NCBI GenBank assembly: GCA_964187785.1
Contig: OZ076409.1
Span: 65,288,001 to 65,352,000 of the forward strand
Source: Amphiscolops sp. MND2022
Taxonomy: Eukaryota
Reading direction: 5' to 3'
Length of the DNA: 64,000 nt
The notes below the pieces were generated by a model, which was not told the origin of the DNA, did not search any database, and saw only the letters and a list, made by a program, of their open reading frames with translations. A program made the position numbers and the translations under genes. Shown piece after piece: positions 61,736 to 64,000 of the stretch (position 1 is its first letter; each line of letters opens with the position of its first letter).

Positions 61736-62151
61736 TGAACCCACAGTCTGTTCTCAAAAAAGACTCCCGCAAAAGAGCAGAACCGAGAATTACACAAAAC
61801 TATCATTTTCCTACTATCTACTGGGACACCCTTTGAGAGAAGAAATACGAAGAACGTAGTTTCAACTGCCCCTGGATAATTTTCGTTAGTGAAAACAACG
61901 CAAAATTTTTGATTACCTTTATTCGGTGGACTTGGACTTACGGATGCAAGATTTGCATTCATTTCGAACGCTACGACCTGCCCAATAAAAAGTACGAGGC
62001 AAATCTACAAAGACACTTTCCTATATGCATCACTAGCCGCTTCCGTCATTTTGTAAGAACACAAACCCGAAAGACACATCACAAAATTTTATTTAGATGT
62101 GCTGGGAGAATTAACCAGTGTTATGGACATCGAATGCGTCACCTCCCCTAA
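61735..62151 (+). pseudogene. Accessory ORF C, unit 2
   Basis: 417 nt in one frame with a single TGA at about 61834 where unit 1 has TGG. Confidence 0.55.
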
Positions 62152-62978
62152 GTATAACCAGTTGTACACGGATCTTATCCAATTTTATGATTTGTAAGTT
62201 TCATAAACTAAAATCTTGTATTTTGTGTTGAATAAACTCTTATAATCTCATTTCACTATCTTTTATTTCAAATTCAAAACCCATCATTTCACTTCTGTTA
62301 ACAGAGTGTACTTTCAGTGCTTATAATAACGACTATCAACTGCGCCAGATACTGAAACTCTCAATTTATAGAATCGTGCACCAATCTTAAAACTAAAGCA
62401 GTGGTCACTGTGACTACACCCTCTTTTGGTTAGCAAGCTACCAAACATCTATTTACTTTTGCTTTAGTTGAAGTCATTAGACAACATTTACCTCATTTCA
62501 GCCCCTGGAAGCATATTCACGCCTGATTCAATTTTGATTCGCATCTGGTCGTCAACTAGACTCCGTCGACTCCTGGTTAGCAAGCTACCAAATTTATATC
62601 CAAATTTTGATTTGAATGAAGACAGTAGACAAAACTTGTCCACTTTCAGTCATCCCAAAAAGCAGTCTTCATCAATCAAATCAACCTTGATTGCAACTGG
62701 ATTGTCAAAATCGACTCCACCAACTCTCGGTTAGCAAGCTACCGTTTAAATTTTCCCCTTCCTAAACTAATTTTAACATTTTGCCCTTCACAAAAAAGAA
62801 AGTTTGGCAATACCTAAGGTTCCTCTCATTAGATCCAAATTGTGCACTGAATTCTTTTTAATACTCATTACGTGCTACACCCTCATCAATGGCCTTCCGA
62901 ACCCCAATCTGGACGACATTGCACAGAGACTCAGCAAGTCACATTATGATTGTGGAGAGATGACTGAAAACAAATTAT

Positions 62979-64000
62979 AGAACACAGACACACCATTCAT
63001 CCCCCCAACTCCGCTAGGTCCTGCAGCACTTGAAAAAACTGGCTCCGATCCAGCCGTCGAGCTATGTCCATTCGATCTTGTGGAGCAGTCATCTCTCACC
63101 ACCGTACAATAGCTTTGAGTTTAAAAACTCATACGTCCTTGGTTCCGGGCTATAACGTCTCCCTCCACTAAAACAAACTGCAATCAATACACAAAACACA
63201 AAATCTCACAAACGTTTCCCTCTCCGCTTACCTTATCGCACTTAGAAACTACAGTTACAGAACTTACAGAATCGATACTAAGGACGATACTTTCCGTTTC
63301 CTTCTTACTCTTCGTGCTAAGAACTATATTAAAACCTCTCCCTTACAATGTTTCGGCATCACAAGTTACACCACTCAACAACTTACGTGGCCGCCTAACG
63401 CCAACCTCACTGCTCTCCGGAGTGGTTCTGGGCGTCGCAGAACTTCACCCACCGCAGTTGTCCCCACCATCATTGGAAACTCCTGATCGGTCACCAATGA
63501 TCGCAAATCAGCGAAGAGATCTGGTGCCACATAAGCGTCATCAGCGGTAGAGAATGGCAAACGGTTCATCATGTAAAGGAAAAGTCTAAATCACAACAAC
63601 TAACTTGCAATCTCAAATTTCATTTTCACCACCCCCCTTATGCCAATAAAAAATTTCCCTTCATTTTTCACTCTGTTGTTCAACACTGTTTTTGTTTTCC
63701 CTCCAAGATTTACCACCATATGCTTCAAAATTTTTCTACTCCTTTTTCGGCGGTCGAGCGTGTCATATACACGATTACAAAAACTCAAGAAAAACGAATA
63801 TTGAAAACGAACTTACTTGTGAATGTGAAGAAATCAGACTAACATCCGAGAACGTATTCAACACAAACAAAACTTAAGCCACCACTTCAAAAACACACAT
63901 GGCGTCCAAAGAACTGAACCATTACAAAAGCACACTGTGAACAAACAATTTCTCAAACCACTCAAAACCACATGGCAGCCAAAAGAACTGAACCATAACA
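62979..64000 (+). repeat. Tandem cassette, unit 3 (cut by the window end)
   Basis: Colinear with the first 1 kb of units 1 and 2. Confidence 0.95.

Larger units (their letters stand above)
58516..62978 (+). repeat. Tandem cassette, unit 2 (with HINE insertion)
   Basis: Colinear with unit 1 apart from 59858-60343 and small indels. Confidence 0.95.
44700..64000 (+). mobile_element. Large Ty3/Gypsy-type LTR retroelement (element B); left boundary not resolved, 3' LTR not in the window
   Basis: Promoter, LTR end TTTACA at 46830, PBS, gag, -1 frameshift site, PR-macro-RT-RH-IN; the long 3' region is assumed to belong to the element because no PPT or LTR follows pol. Confidence 0.8.

Noticed and set aside
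53580..64000. env gene
   Set aside because: No long ORF with signal peptide, furin site and TM anchor

Overview
This is eukaryotic DNA, probably from an invertebrate animal, and it is dominated by transposons. (1) A complete 15.5-kb Ty3/Gypsy LTR retrotransposon (element A, 1006-16539, minus strand) has near-identical 773-bp LTRs, a tRNA-Arg-like PBS and a disrupted gag-pol. It also shows an apparent tandem (pseudo)protease, two degenerate TARG1/OARD1-like macrodomains after the integrase, and a 3-bp target duplication. (2) The middle region (16.5-44 kb) holds spliced exons of a host ADAMTS-like/papilin-type gene (TSP1 repeats plus an Ig domain). These sit among a Tc1 element, Helentron-type HINEs, MITEs (piggyBac-, EnSpm-, Tc1- and foldback-type) and two solo LTRs. 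(3) A second, very large Gypsy-type element (element B, from about 44.7 kb to beyond the window end, plus strand) has an LTR over 2 kb containing hairpin-rich 196-bp repeats. It also has a PBS, a CCHC gag, a classical UUUAAAC -1 frameshift signal, and pol with a TARG1-like macrodomain between protease and RT. After pol comes a tandemly amplified 3.95-kb cassette. Each cassette carries three unknown ORFs (two coupled by TAATG, two preceded by TTTCAG acceptors), a 9-unit hairpin array that looks CRISPR-like but has no unique spacers, and covarying double-hairpin motifs. This accessory cassette and the macrodomains in both retroelements are the best candidates for undescribed biology. All domain calls come from motif recognition by eye; no searches were run.
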